This document shows positions 1 to 11,493 of a DNA stretch of 64,000 nucleotides, piece after piece. A program made the position numbers and the translations under genes. The first letter of the stretch is position 1, and every line of letters starts with the position of its first letter. The notes under the pieces were generated by a model, which worked only from the letters and a program-made list of their open reading frames with translations, was not told the origin of the DNA and did no database searches. Source of the DNA: Zygnema circumcarinatum SAG 698-1b (taxonomy: Eukaryota; Plantae; Zygnematophyceae); the NCBI GenBank assembly GCA_037447605.1, contig CM074821.1, positions 186,001 through 250,000 on the forward strand. Direction: 5' to 3'.

Positions 1-53
1 AGGGAGGCAAGACTCTGGGAGAGAGAGCCCCATCAAGTAGTCCTTTAGCGCAC

Positions 54-1896
54 CTGTAATTTGGGAACCCTAGTGGCCCCTCCCACAAGTTCGAATGCGT
101 CGATGTCGGCCACCGTCATATTCACATCTTCCAAGACCTGCTTCAAGGGCTGCACCGCTCGACTCCAAAACTCCGAACAGAGATCTTCAAACTTCTCTCT
201 CGTTATACTCGTCCTGCAAAGATCATCCTCTAAGCTGAGAGTAAACGTCCTGATGCAGAGATACGGAGTAATCGCAGAGGGAGCCAGGGGGGCGGGCGAG
301 AGAGAGGAGGGGAGAGAGAGAGAGAGAGAGAGATTGAGAGATCCTGCCAGTATACATCTCAATTAGTCATGGACAGACCCTCCGGACGATCTTACCGGAA
401 ATCTACATCTTCAAATAGAGACTCCGCTGAGAGAGGGGCCTCTGTATTGGCGCTCAATATCTCCTTCGTGCGCTTCACTTCCTTCCGAAGCTTCGCCATG
501 GCTTTAGGGGAGGTCCGCACATCCGCTTCGAGACCTGATTTCTTGTTAAATTCGTCCGCAAAATACTCCAGCAGTTTTCGCTCGAGGGTTTGCCCTCCGA
601 GCTCTGAGTCCCACCTCACTCCCTTTACCTGCACAAGTAAATAATTTTAGGCCCATAAAATACCAGCAGTTAGGCGCAAAACATAGACTATAAGCTCGAC
701 AACATAAGTAATGAAGGATAAGGTTGATAGTACATCCTCTCCAATAATTTAGAGCATAGTGGAAATCTTGGACATAAGAAGCCAGCATCCTAAAAAAAAA
801 GTTAAAAAAAACTTTTAATATAAATGAAGTATGCATATTAAGACAAAAGCCGCCCCGAAGAGTCCTCAACCGTTTCAATGCATTACTTGTCAAGAGTTTG
901 ATCCAGCTATACACATGAATGCAAGATCTTTAGCACCAGTAGTGTGTGTGAGACGCAGGGGAAAGAGAGAGAGGGAAAGAGGAAGAGGAAAACTGCGAGG
1001 CAGAGAACAAGGTAGCTATCACGTTCCAGAATGATTCATTGAACTTCTTATCTACAAACCACGCTGGTTCCAACGCGCCACTCCCCCAAATCCTACAAAA
1101 GTACTACCACTCTAATGATCACTCTCACCTGAAACTGATTAGAAGACACATTCTTCCCCCGATCCCGCGTCATATACGCCGAATAATGTATCACAGCCGC
1201 ATAAACACTATTAGCCCCCATGTCATAAATCACCACATTCTTGCTCCCGTTCGAAAAGTCCTTATCAATGCCGTACTGCAGGGCCACCCCTGCGTGCTCC
1301 TGAATGAGGCCCAGCACACTGATCCCCACCATCTGTGCTGCATCCAGTATGCCCTGCCTCTGACTCTGCCCAAAGTACGGCGGAACACTCACAACCGCAT
1401 CCGTCACAGTGCCCTTCACATGCCCCTCTGCCAGCCGATGAGCGTAGTCCAAAATGAGCGCCAAAAGCTCCTCCGCCGTGTACTCCGTCTCCCCGTCTTG
1501 CCCTAAAATCTTCACTGTGGAGCGCTCCGCGTCTGCAGAGAGCTTGTACGGAAGGTAATTCTCCCTTGTAATAGGCAGCACGTCCTGCAGGGGCCGTCCG
1601 ATAAAGTCACGCAGGCGCGAGAACACGCGGTCGGGGTAGCGCGCGGCGATCCCGATCGCCTCCTCTGAGAGGAGGCGGTCGCCGTTGGAGATGGCGACGA
1701 TGGCGGGGGACTTACGCTTCGACATCTCGTTGATGGCAATGTCGATGGGGGCGCGCCCGGGTTTAGGGTTTACGACGGCGACTTTCAGAGCTTCCGAGCC
1801 GAGGTCCACTGTGAACACGGCCGCGCTGCAAGTGGAGGCCATGGCGGTGAGGAGGAGTAGGAGGGGGAGGAGGGGGGAAGGGGGAGGGGGAGCCAT
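54..1896 (-). CDS. HSP70-17: ER-lumen Hsp110/Grp170 chaperone (HSP70-17/HYOU1), 5' part only; exons 1896-1129, 628-396, 213-54; continues off the left edge
   Basis: Signal peptide MAPPPPSPLLPLLLLLTAMASTCSA followed by VDLGSEALKVAVV, INEMSKRKSP, VPPYFGQ, YDMGA, ILSANTEAP and ELVGGATRVPKLQ; GT-AG junctions in phase. Confidence 0.93.
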
Positions 1897-1918
1897 GGGA
1901 GGGATGAGGGAGAAGAGT

Positions 1919-1953
<35 letters not shown>

Positions 1954-2529
1954 NNNNNNNNNNAGGGAGGAGGTGAAGGGGTGAGAGGAAAAGGGAGGGG
2001 GGAGGGAGAAAGAGAGGTAGAGAGGTAGAGAGAGAGAGGGAGAGAGTGTGAGGGAGAGAGGGAGGGAGGGAAGGAGAGCACAGGGCAGGCAGAAGCCGGG
2101 TAGGAAGAGCGGGGAGTGAGCTAGCCGGAACGGTAACCGTACAAGAAAAGTTGACGGCTGGCAGGGAAAAAGGTGCTGACGACGGACGGCCGGCAGATAA
2201 ACTGGACCTTTCCATGCAGTTAGACGACAGTTCGTCACATGTAGCGGGGGGCAGTTTGACCTTCTAGAAGGTTGCCCCTTGTTGAGTGACGCGGCTCGAC
2301 GAGTTTCGACCAATCGCAGGGCAGGAAACTGCCACGTCGGATAGTACCGCCTGAAATGGCCGGTCAAGATTGACCGGCGAAAGGACGCCTGTTGACGTTT
2401 GATTTCAGATTAACAAATTTCATACCTGGTCTGGACAGCTTAAAAACAATCGCATGCATATATTTTTCTTTGTACCGGCAGTTGAACAAGGGAAAGGGTG
2501 TGCGCCTTAATACCGTGTTCAATCGACTG

Positions 2530-2582
2530 CCAATAAGGGCCTGCCACAACATCAACATGCCTACGTGACATTCTGTGATTGG
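2530..2582. promoter_or_regulatory. ER-stress elements in the HSP70-17/CcmE divergent promoter
   Basis: Minus strand CCAAT-N10-CACG at 2582-2564 (plant ERSE-I consensus) and plus strand CCAAT-N9-CCACA at 2530-2548, upstream of an ER chaperone gene. Confidence 0.55.
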
Positions 2583-2889
2583 CTGATCTAGACACTCGTT
2601 CAATTTAGCCTTCCCCACAGCCACGATGCCGTACGGTACGGCATGACTTTGTAGTATAACTTTATCGCGAATATTTTATAAAGTAATGCTATAATCTCAA
2701 ATTTTCAAGCGGGCCGGCAGGTTTCTCGCCTTGGCTTAAGTTTATCCGTAGAGTCATATAAAGTCACATTGTAGTTTCAAACGAGGCTGGTTTGTTGCCT
2801 GGCCGGCCCTGGAAGCCTGCAAGGCTGCCTCCCTCCCTCCCTCCCTCCCTCCCTCCCTCCCTTGTATTTTATTAGCAAGAAGGAAGACG

Positions 2890-5239
2890 ATGCTGCTCAG
2901 ACGCATGCGCAAGGGCGCTTCGGCGCTCCTCTCGCCACAGAATGTAAGAAGGCAGTGCGATCCATGATTAGGGATTTTAAAACCATGCTTTGGTACAGAT
3001 ATTGACTTCTCTGTCTGAAATGAAGAGAGGTAACTCGTTGTGTTTCTTGCTGCTTTTCACAAACGTGCGGTTGTGGCTGCAGGGTCGGTTTCCTCCTGCC
3101 GCTGCTGAATCCAGACAACGACTGGCTGACTCCTCTGCGGGAGAAGGTGTGCATGCTTGCTCAGCTGTCGTTTGCTCACAGAAGAGGTCGGAGAAAGTAG
3201 GCGGGAGAGAGTCAGGGAGAGGGAGAGAAGGGAGAGGGAGGAAGGGAGGCTGGGAGAGATAGGGGAGGGTGGGAGAGTGATTGCTTGGAGTTTGTTTCCT
3301 CATTATTGATGTTTTCATCTAGGCTTTTCGAAGGAAGAGAAGGTAAGAAAGTAAAGTGCAAGCAGTGAGTATTAACTAGGATAGAAACACACAAAAAAAA
3401 AATTCCACGGCTGACTGCCAGATGTCAAGCCGGGGCAGTGCGTGCAACTTGCAGAGGCTTTGAAGCAGGAAGTAGCAGCCATGCTAGAATCCTTCTAGTG
3501 AGGTGCTTCCCCCTCGGCAACCCCTGTGCTATGCGATCTGGAGCAGTCTTTCAACAACAAGCACTGCCGTTTAGGTGATTATTTTTTCTAAATTGACGTG
3601 GTTGATAATTCATGCGCATATGCGTGGTCTGTTCGTTGGTGATATCAATTTTTCTCTGTCATTTGACTTGTACAGTGAATCTGCTTCGTCTCCTTAGGTT
3701 CTTTTGAATGTCTTCTTGAAATTGAACTCGGGCAGGGGAGCAGGACTATAGCTGGAAGAGGATTTGCTTCATGGGCGGGTGGTCGACCGGACATTGGAGC
3801 ACGAGCACGGGCTTTGCAGCAAAAGCGAATGTGGAGTCTTGCTCTCGGAGGGGCCACTGTTGCGGGATTTGTTATAGTCGTGCTGAATACTTTTCAAGAG
3901 AGCCTTATGTTCTACATTACTCCTTCTGAGGTAAGAACAAGCGCCTTGGGAGGATACGCTTGGGGCAATTTCTTGATTGGTGAGGGTGGTCGGTTCGTGC
4001 TGAAGTAACAAAAGAAGAGCTTCAAAAGGTAAGGAGGACAAGCTGACTGGCAAAGTCGCTTCTGCATCTTCAAATGGCATAAAGACACTAGAAGTGATAA
4101 GTTACGAGGTGTTCGTTCAGAGCCAGCATTTATTGTGATTTTGTAGTGTTGCAGGCTTTGCAAAAATTTAGCGCAGAAACATCGCGGAAACGGTTTCGCC
4201 TTGGAGGGTTGGTGCTTGAAGGAAGGTGGGATATCTATGCTCGTACAATGCTATCATGTTGCTCACATGTCTCTCCATGCTAATGCAGCAAAGGAACTAA
4301 CGAAGTGGGTATGCTGATGTATTGAACAGTGTGCGGCATTATTCTGGTGCTGCTGAGATGGAGTTTGTTGTAACAGACCTGGCAACAGATGTAAGTATAT
4401 TCTGCTTGTCCCAGTTTTCGTCCACTAGTTGACAGTGGCTTTTTCTACAAGAATGATGCCTCCTGTACGCTACCCTTCCGCCAGTTGCACTTTGTATGAA
4501 ATTTGTTTCCTTATGAACTCTGCCTTTTGTATAATTGTAGTGAACATCGAACAGTTTGGCTTTGTTTTGTCCTTCATCTCATCCTTTGTCTCACTGTCAC
4601 TCCATGGGGCCCGATGTGCAGATTTTGGTGCGATATAGAGGAGCGCTGCCCGACCTGTTTCGTGAGGGCCACAGTGTAGTGGCTGAAGGGTTCCTGAAGC
4701 CCCTGGCAGAGGAGAGGGAGGGGAGGGAGAGGACCTCGGAGGCTGCCATTAGTGAGAATGCAGAGACGCAGGAGAAAGCTAGAAGCCTAGGCTGCTACTT
4801 TGCTGCGGCGGAGGTTTTGGCTAAGCATGACGAGGTAACGACTAAGATCTGTAGATCTGTATATCCGTATCATCTCCCACTCCCTCCCTCCCCCGCCTTC
4901 CTCTCCATCTCCCTCTCTCCCTCTCCCCCTCCCTCTCCCTCCCCCTCTCTCGCATTAGATGTCACTGATTAATCTAAAAAACTATCAATGTTTTTGTCAG
5001 TGTTCTTCCCTCATTGATATATGGTTTTTGTTCCACTGCAGAAATACATGCCCAAGGAGGTGGCTGCAGCCGTGGAACGGAACAGGATTGCGTTGGAGGC
5101 CACAGAAAAGGCTGCCAAGGAATCTGATGGTGCTCTCATTGCAGCGCCTGTGATGGCTGCCAAGAGCGGGAAGCCAAGCAAGCTGAGCAAGGTCGCTCAG
5201 TCTCCTTCTCAAGCGCAACAGTATGACATGAGTGGCTGA
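2890..5239 (+). CDS. CCME: Mitochondrial cytochrome c maturation heme chaperone CcmE; core exons ~3698-3930, 4155-4225, 4330-4390, 4622-4834, 5042-5239; 5' presequence exons and the start at 2890 are tentative
   Basis: Spliced translation RPDIGARARALQQKRMW...FYITPSE/ALQKF...FRLGGLVLEGS/V...MEFVVTDLATD/ILVRYRGALPDLFREGHSVVAEG...VLAKHDE/KYMP contains the heme-binding HDEKYMP motif; Arg-rich MLLRRMRK start. Confidence 0.92.
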
Positions 5240-5696
5240 ACGCGGCGGGGGGTTCCATGTTATGTTCTTTGAAGCTGACAAACGGGAACAATTTGAACAT
5301 TTTTTCTCTTTTAAAAAAGAAGTCCTGTCTCACGGCGAGATTAACTGTGCCTTCTGCCCATCAAAGATGTCATCCGACACAAGTATCGACACAAATATCT
5401 AATGGCAGGAGCGGGTAGGCTTTTGGTCCTGGCTACTTGGGAGTTCGTTTGTCAAGGCTTTCCAACTATTCAATCACAAATTCTACCCACCTACACTTTC
5501 CGAAAAATTCCAACGCACCCAAGTGTTTAAACCCCGAACATTCCTTCCCTAGAGCCACTTAACGCCACAACCCCCCTCTCCCTAATCACCTACAATTTGC
5601 AGTCACCTCTGGAATCCACCACCACCACCACCACAACGCCCTCAAGGCTGCCATAAATCACACCGCCCCATCTCGTACCGTATCGCCAACCTTCCT

Positions 5697-7098
5697 CTAG
5701 TCCCGAGGAAACAGGCGAGCGTCGAGCTGGAAGGTCGGCGTGAAGAGGCGGCCCCACGCGAAGAAGGTGGCGGCGAGGCTGCTGATGGTGCCCGTGCCGA
5801 TGACCATGTTCACCACCACGATCTGCACGCACGCGGCGGAGAAGGGGGACACGCCCGCCATGATGAGGCCCGTCATGGCGCCCGGGAGGGAGATGAGCCC
5901 CACCGTCTTCGCATTGTCCAGCACGGGGGCCAGCGCCACCGTCAGACACCGCCGCATCTGCTTCGCCATGGCCTGCCGGGGAGTCGCGCCCAGGGCCAGG
6001 GCCGCCTCCACCTGCACACTCCCTTTCGGCAGAGGTTAGTGTCAAGAGCGAAGTTGTAAGGAGTGTAGATAGAGAGCGAGGGGAGGGGGGAGAGAGTGGG
6101 AGGGGGAATGGGAGAGAGAGAGTGGGGGGGAGAACGGGGGTGTGAGAGTGGGTGGGAGAGGGAGGAACGGGAAGGGGGAAGGGGATGGAGGGGGGGGCGG
6201 GATGGAGGGAGGGAGTGGGAGAGGAGTGGGAGAGAGCGAAGGAGGCGGAGAGGGAGAGAAGAGAGCCCCAAAAGGAGAAAGTTAGTCTACACTCACTCTG
6301 TCCTTCTCCAGGCGGACCTCCTCCAGCATGCGTTTCAAAGTGACCCCGGTGACAGTCATAGAGTTTCCCACCAGCATGCCGGCCAAGGGAATAACGTACT
6401 GCGCCCGTAAAGGAAAGATTTGGAGCGACAGAAGCACTACCAAGCTCCCGCTGCTCCCGCAGAGGACAGCTAGCCCAGCCACCATATGGCTTCCTGGCAG
6501 CCCTTTAGCACGCTCTCCAGCAGTGTATGCAGCAGCGCTCACCTGGCAAGCATTCAAGATATAAAAATCGTTAACTCACTTGATTACAATCACTGTATTG
6601 AACATACCATTCAAATTGCAGCAGAGGGAGAATGGAAAGCAAGTACTCCAGTCCAAAGTTCGGACATTCTGGCCACTCCTGACGCTGCTAGTGAATGAGT
6701 TGATTCAGACTGCCTTAAACAAACATTGAGGCGAGATTAGATCTCAATAATTTGATGTCAAACGACCTCACCATGATGCAGTAGGCCGTCATACATGCCA
6801 ACACGCCCATCGCTCCCTCCTGAGCGAAGACGAAATGGAGGAAGAACCCGACAATACAAAGTTGCACAAAAGCCCGACCAGCTGAAAAAGCAATGTCTTT
6901 CCCAAGACCCAGTTTCTGCCAATACGAAAGCCCGAAAGCAATGGCCACTAGCAGCAGGGCCAGTGATGCTTTCACCAGTCCATCCTTAAACGATAGAATC
7001 ACAGGTCCGCCCACCATCAGATCTTGGCTCTCCACTTTCCCCATGGTTTCCAACTCCGGCAGCATTGTTAAGAAGAGATCCTGCATGCCAGCCATCAT
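5697..7098 (-). CDS. ALS3: UPF0014 membrane subunit of bacterial-type ABC transporter (ALS3/STAR2/ABCI16, FetB-like); exons (7098 or 7044)-6772, 6542-6297, 6011-5697
   Basis: GLVKASLALLLVAIAFGLSYWQKLGL, RAFVQL, VSAAAYTAGERA, YVIPLAGMLVGNSMTVTG, VEAALALGATPRQA and KTVGLISLPGAMTGLIMAG; best Kozak start ACCATGG at 7044. Confidence 0.93.
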
Positions 7099-8787
7099 CT
7101 TTGCTTCTTGTATCGAGCAATAGCGGCTGCTCCTCTCCTTTGTCTGCGTCTTGCTTCACAGGATACTCCGAGTGGAAAGAGAGCAGATCCTTCACGGGGA
7201 TAGAGGAGCTTCTTTGCGCAAGTTCAGAGGGTGAGCAGATGTCCACAATTTCGCCGTTGTTCAACACAACTACGAGGTCAGCAATTCGCTGGACCTGTTC
7301 TATGCTATGTGATGTCCACAGAGCAGTAAGCCCGTTAGAGTCTCGCCGATTCCGAATTGTGGCTTCCACGTGCAGTGTAGCACGCTGATCAAGAGAACTC
7401 GTCGGTTCGTCAAGAAGGAGAACCTGCATGTCGGGATTTTTCGAGTTATTTAAAGTTATTTAAGAATCACCAGTGCACCGAGAACAGAAGTGACTGAAGT
7501 TTAGAAAACAGCCGTCAATGGCAGTGCACACTCGAATGGGGCAGCCGTCACATCAAAGCTCATTTAACATCAACCGTCATTTAAAAAGTTGCGATAAGGA
7601 AGGTTCAGCACGTTGTGCAGAACCGTTCAGAGAAAGAGATACAAAAAAAAAAGGTACCGTAAAAGTATATATGAAAGTTACCTGTGGGCGGTTTGCAAGA
7701 GCTCGTGCAATAGCTACAGACTGTGCTTCACCTCCCGAAAGCGTGCGAGCCTGTCGCTTTGCAAAAGTGGGCTCTAAATAGACAGAAGCCAACAAGTTTG
7801 AGACTTCCTTCTCGCTCAGCTGCTTCCCCTGAAGCCGCAGACCGTAAGCCAAATTTTCTTCAACTGTTTCTGTTGTCATGACACAAAGAAGCCCCTCTCA
7901 GTTGAAGCGTGGAAACACTATTGTTGGACTTCTGGCAGTTTGTAATAAGGACTTTAGTAGATTTGTCAATTGGAAATAGCTCATGGAATGCTGTTGTCTA
8001 AAACAACTAAACAATTGCTCATCCTCAACAACAAAACAAAAAAGTGCAACGACAGCGGAGAACGGACCGTCAAACAAAGCTGGGTTCTGAGGGACGATGC
8101 CGACTGTTCGACGCAGATTAATCACATTCCGTTCAGTGACATCGCAGCCGTCCAGAAACACGGAGCCCTTAGGAGGCTCCCACAACCGATTGATGGCGCG
8201 TAGAAGAGTTGACTTTCCACTGCATCCCTTGAAACCCCCCCAAGCCTCATTAGCTTCCGTGTACGGACTCAAGCATCCCCCTAAACATGCGCTTCAGACA
8301 TGACCTTTCCGACCCGACCAAATGTAGACCTTTCCTTCGACCATGTGAAGGCAGTGAGATTTTGTTTCTCCCTCTCCCTCTCCCTCTCCCTCTCCCTCTC
8401 CCTCTCCCTCTCCCTCTCCCTCTCCCTCTCCCTCTCCCTCCCCCGCCCCCTCGACCCCGCCCTCTCTCCCTCTCCCTACCCCTCCTCAGTCTCCCTCCAC
8501 CCCTCCTTCCCTCCCTTCCCGTCATCTTCCCCCTCTACCCCTCTACCCCTCCCTCCCCACTCCCTCTACCACTCTCCCCTTCCCCCTCTCTCCCTCTAAT
8601 CTCTCCCCCACACCTCCCCTGCAGCTTCAACCCCAAATGCACACCTGCCACTAGGTCCAATCAGGCAGACTATGGCGCCACGTGGCACGTCCAAAGTACA
8701 GTCCCGCAGCACGAAGCCGTTGCTCAGGCCTCGCAGAGAGATCCGCGCCTCGCCCCCCCTCGCCGCTGCCTCCTCCCCGCCCGCCAT
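6986..8787 (-). CDS. STAR1: Stand-alone ABC nucleotide-binding subunit STAR1/ABCI17 (FetA-like); exons 8787-8645, 8219-8068, 7869-7682, 7423-6986
   Basis: Walker A GPSGSGKST formed across intron 1, LRAINRLWEPP, signature LSGGEAQ, Walker B VLLLDEPTSSLD, H-loop TSHSIEQVQRIAD; all junctions GT-AG and in phase. Confidence 0.93.
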
Positions 8788-9193
8788 TGCCGCGCCCTGC
8801 AAGCTCCACCCCTTTCAAGTCGAGAGAGCCGTTCCATGTCCATGTCCTCAACGGCCTAAAGTTCACCGACATTCAATTGCGTCACATGCTGAATTTCGCA
8901 GTTGACCCGTAAATTTTGAAGAGTTTCTGCATAGATAATGGCCGTTACAGGTCAAAGTCAATACCGACGTGACGTCGTTCGCAACGCTGATTGGCTTTAG
9001 GGGTTCCACGTCAGCAGAGGCGCGTGTCCGGCACGCAGTTGCCAGAGTGTCGGCGCGCGTTCGCCGCCTGCCCGGCGCGCGATTGGACGGACAGTGCTTC
9101 TGACGTGATGCTTGCTCGTTGGTCCAAACCCTGTACGGATTGGTTTCTTGTCGGTATCCGTACGGATGGAATGGATAAGAAAAAGGAATTTGT

Positions 9194-9815
9194 CGATAGT
9201 GATAAATCCACCCCTTGTTTGGATCGACAAACCCCTTTTTTCACCGGGCAGATTTTAAAATAGACAAAAAAAGGTTAATAACGGAAAGTGGGAAAATGCA
9301 TTTTTCCCACTTTTTTGAAATCGATACACACCTTTTTCCGTTGGGCAGATTTTATTTTTGCTAACCAAGGAAAATGATATCCCGTCACCCCATTTTGAAT
9401 CTCCCACCCCCCTGAATTTTTTTTTTTGGGAGCGTCCGCTACGAGATCGTTAGCAAGTGTGCGTCCTTCACATGTGCGGTAAATCTCAGCCGCCGATTTT
9501 TTTGCAGAAAGCAGCACGACAACCGTTCGATATGTAGACGGGCTCGTTCCCAGCGAATGGCACGCGCCCACGTGTCCCACCAAAGCCGGCTTGTACGGGC
9601 AGACGCTCGTACGGGCAGACGCACTCTATAAATTTTTGACCTTATGTTTGTAAAATAAAATCTGCCCGACGAAAAAAGGCGTGTATCGACTCCAAAAAGG
9701 TGGGAAAAAAGCATTTTCCGTTTTTAAACCTTTGTTGCCTATTTTAAAATCTGCCCGGCGAAAAAAGGTGTGTGTCGAATGTCGATCCAAAAAAGGGCTG
9801 GATTTCTCACTACCC
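9194..9815. mobile_element. Degenerate fold-back MITE of the same family as 28415-29353
   Basis: Arm ~9194-9360 is the reverse complement of ~9650-9815 (TAGTGATAAATCCACCCC... versus ...GGATTTCTCACTACCC); internal similarity to the 28-29 kb copy; no clear TSD. Confidence 0.75.
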
Positions 9816-11493
9816 TTCATTTTTTTTTTTGAAAATGGAAAAATGAAAATGAAAAGTTTTCGTTTACGAATTCAGTTGCCGTCAACACAATCAGATGTTA
9901 GCTCGATTCCAAAGTAACAAGCCGGGCTGCGCCGGAAAGTTTGAAAGCGCCTATGAACGTGGTCATGAGTGGCTGCCAACGGCCGACCGAATATTCTATG
10001 GCGAAAATCCGTCGATTGCGCAATTTTCCAACAGCGACACGCATCGTTCACGACAGACGTTCACTTGGCGCGGGGCTATGGCTTTTAGCAAACTCTACAA
10101 ACTCGACAGAGAGGGAAGGGGCTCAATGCTGAATGCTCTTTCTATAAAAGAGGGGTAAAGTTCACATCGCCGGATTCTCTTTTTTTGAGACGTTCAGCCT
10201 ACGTATTCAAGAGTTGCGAACTTGCTAACATTAGAGATCTTAGCGACTCTTAATCCCACTCCTGATGTCAGCTTCCTCCAGTTCATTGTGGAGGAATGGG
10301 AGTAATGGAACCGCCATTTTTGCCACGTGGGTGCACAGCATGCATTCTTCTTTATTTCTAACTTGAGTATCCGATTATCGTGACACAATGAACATAGGAA
10401 CTTTTGCTGTTTCCAAAACACAGCTTGTCAAAATTACGAACCTGAAACCGCACACCAGTTTTCTATACGAGCAGGACCACTGAGATGCACTTGGTTTTAA
10501 CAGAAACCAGTCGACCGCACCAGTAAACAGCCAACCCAAGCTGATCACATGGAAATAAGGGCCTTAGATAGGCAATGTCTGTGGCGGCAAAGCTTAAGCT
10601 CAAAGAACGACCAATACACAAAAAACCGCCCTGCTGACATAGCCGATGCGACCCCATTGTATGACAGAAAAGTGAATGCATCAGCCCTAAGTTTCCTTTC
10701 AGTAAATTGAAATCATCAAACTTACCTCTCCACGCAACTCACGACGGAGCAGAGCAATGAGGGACAAGCGGCAAAAAGGAAGAGCAAAAGAGTGGAAAGG
10801 AAGAGAGAAAGAGAGTGATAAGGAGAGAGAACGACGAGCGAAATGAGGGAACGAGTAGGTTCTGTGAGAAAAGTGAGAGATGGAGGAACAGTGACACAGT
10901 GAAAGAGAGGGGGAAAGAGAGAAAGGGAGATTCGTTGAAACCGTCTCATATGCTGCACTTTCATTACCAACATCACCAGAGCTACATGAAACCATAGGGA
11001 GGGTCACGCAACGAGCCGTGTCTGCAACGCTCTAACGATGACTCTTATTCCTTTCACAACAAAGGAATCACCCAATGCGCTCGTCTACCACATGTCATTT
11101 GCCAATCCAAAGGACACAGGTCCAGGGAACCACAGGGAGGGAAGAGAGGGAGGGAGAGGGAGAGGGACAGGAACAGGGAGAGAGAGGGAGAGGGGGAGGG
11201 AGTGGGAGAGGGAGAGGGAAAAGGAGGGAGGAAGTGGGAGTGGGAGAGGGAGAGGGAGAGAGAGGGAGTGAGAAGGGCGAGGGAGAGGGAGGGAGAGAGG
11301 GAGAGCATGCATGCCACTGCTGTATCAAGCAGCCCACGGCTGCCTACAGGGGAGCTTTTGAGCCTCACTCTAGGAGGTCTCTGAACTTCACCTTCGAAAC
11401 TGCAGCTAGTTCTCAGTCTTATGCTTTCATGCGGCCTCGCAGGAGAAAGAGTTTGATGCGGAACATGACGTTATAGGGCGAAGAACTTCAGCC

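Noticed and set aside
1897-2367. N-terminal extension of the 424-aa ORF
   Set aside because: Low-complexity leader spanning an N gap; the signal peptide starts at 1896.
7093-7100. Bacterial-style ATGA/TGATG stop-start coupling at the first ALS3 ATG
   Set aside because: The TGA at 7097 is in the third frame, not the STAR1 frame, so it is not STAR1's stop as assembled.
8370-8600. Many Pro/Ser/Leu or Arg/Glu/Gly-rich ORFs here and throughout the window
   Set aside because: Products of GAGAGG/CTCTCC repeats in introns and UTRs.
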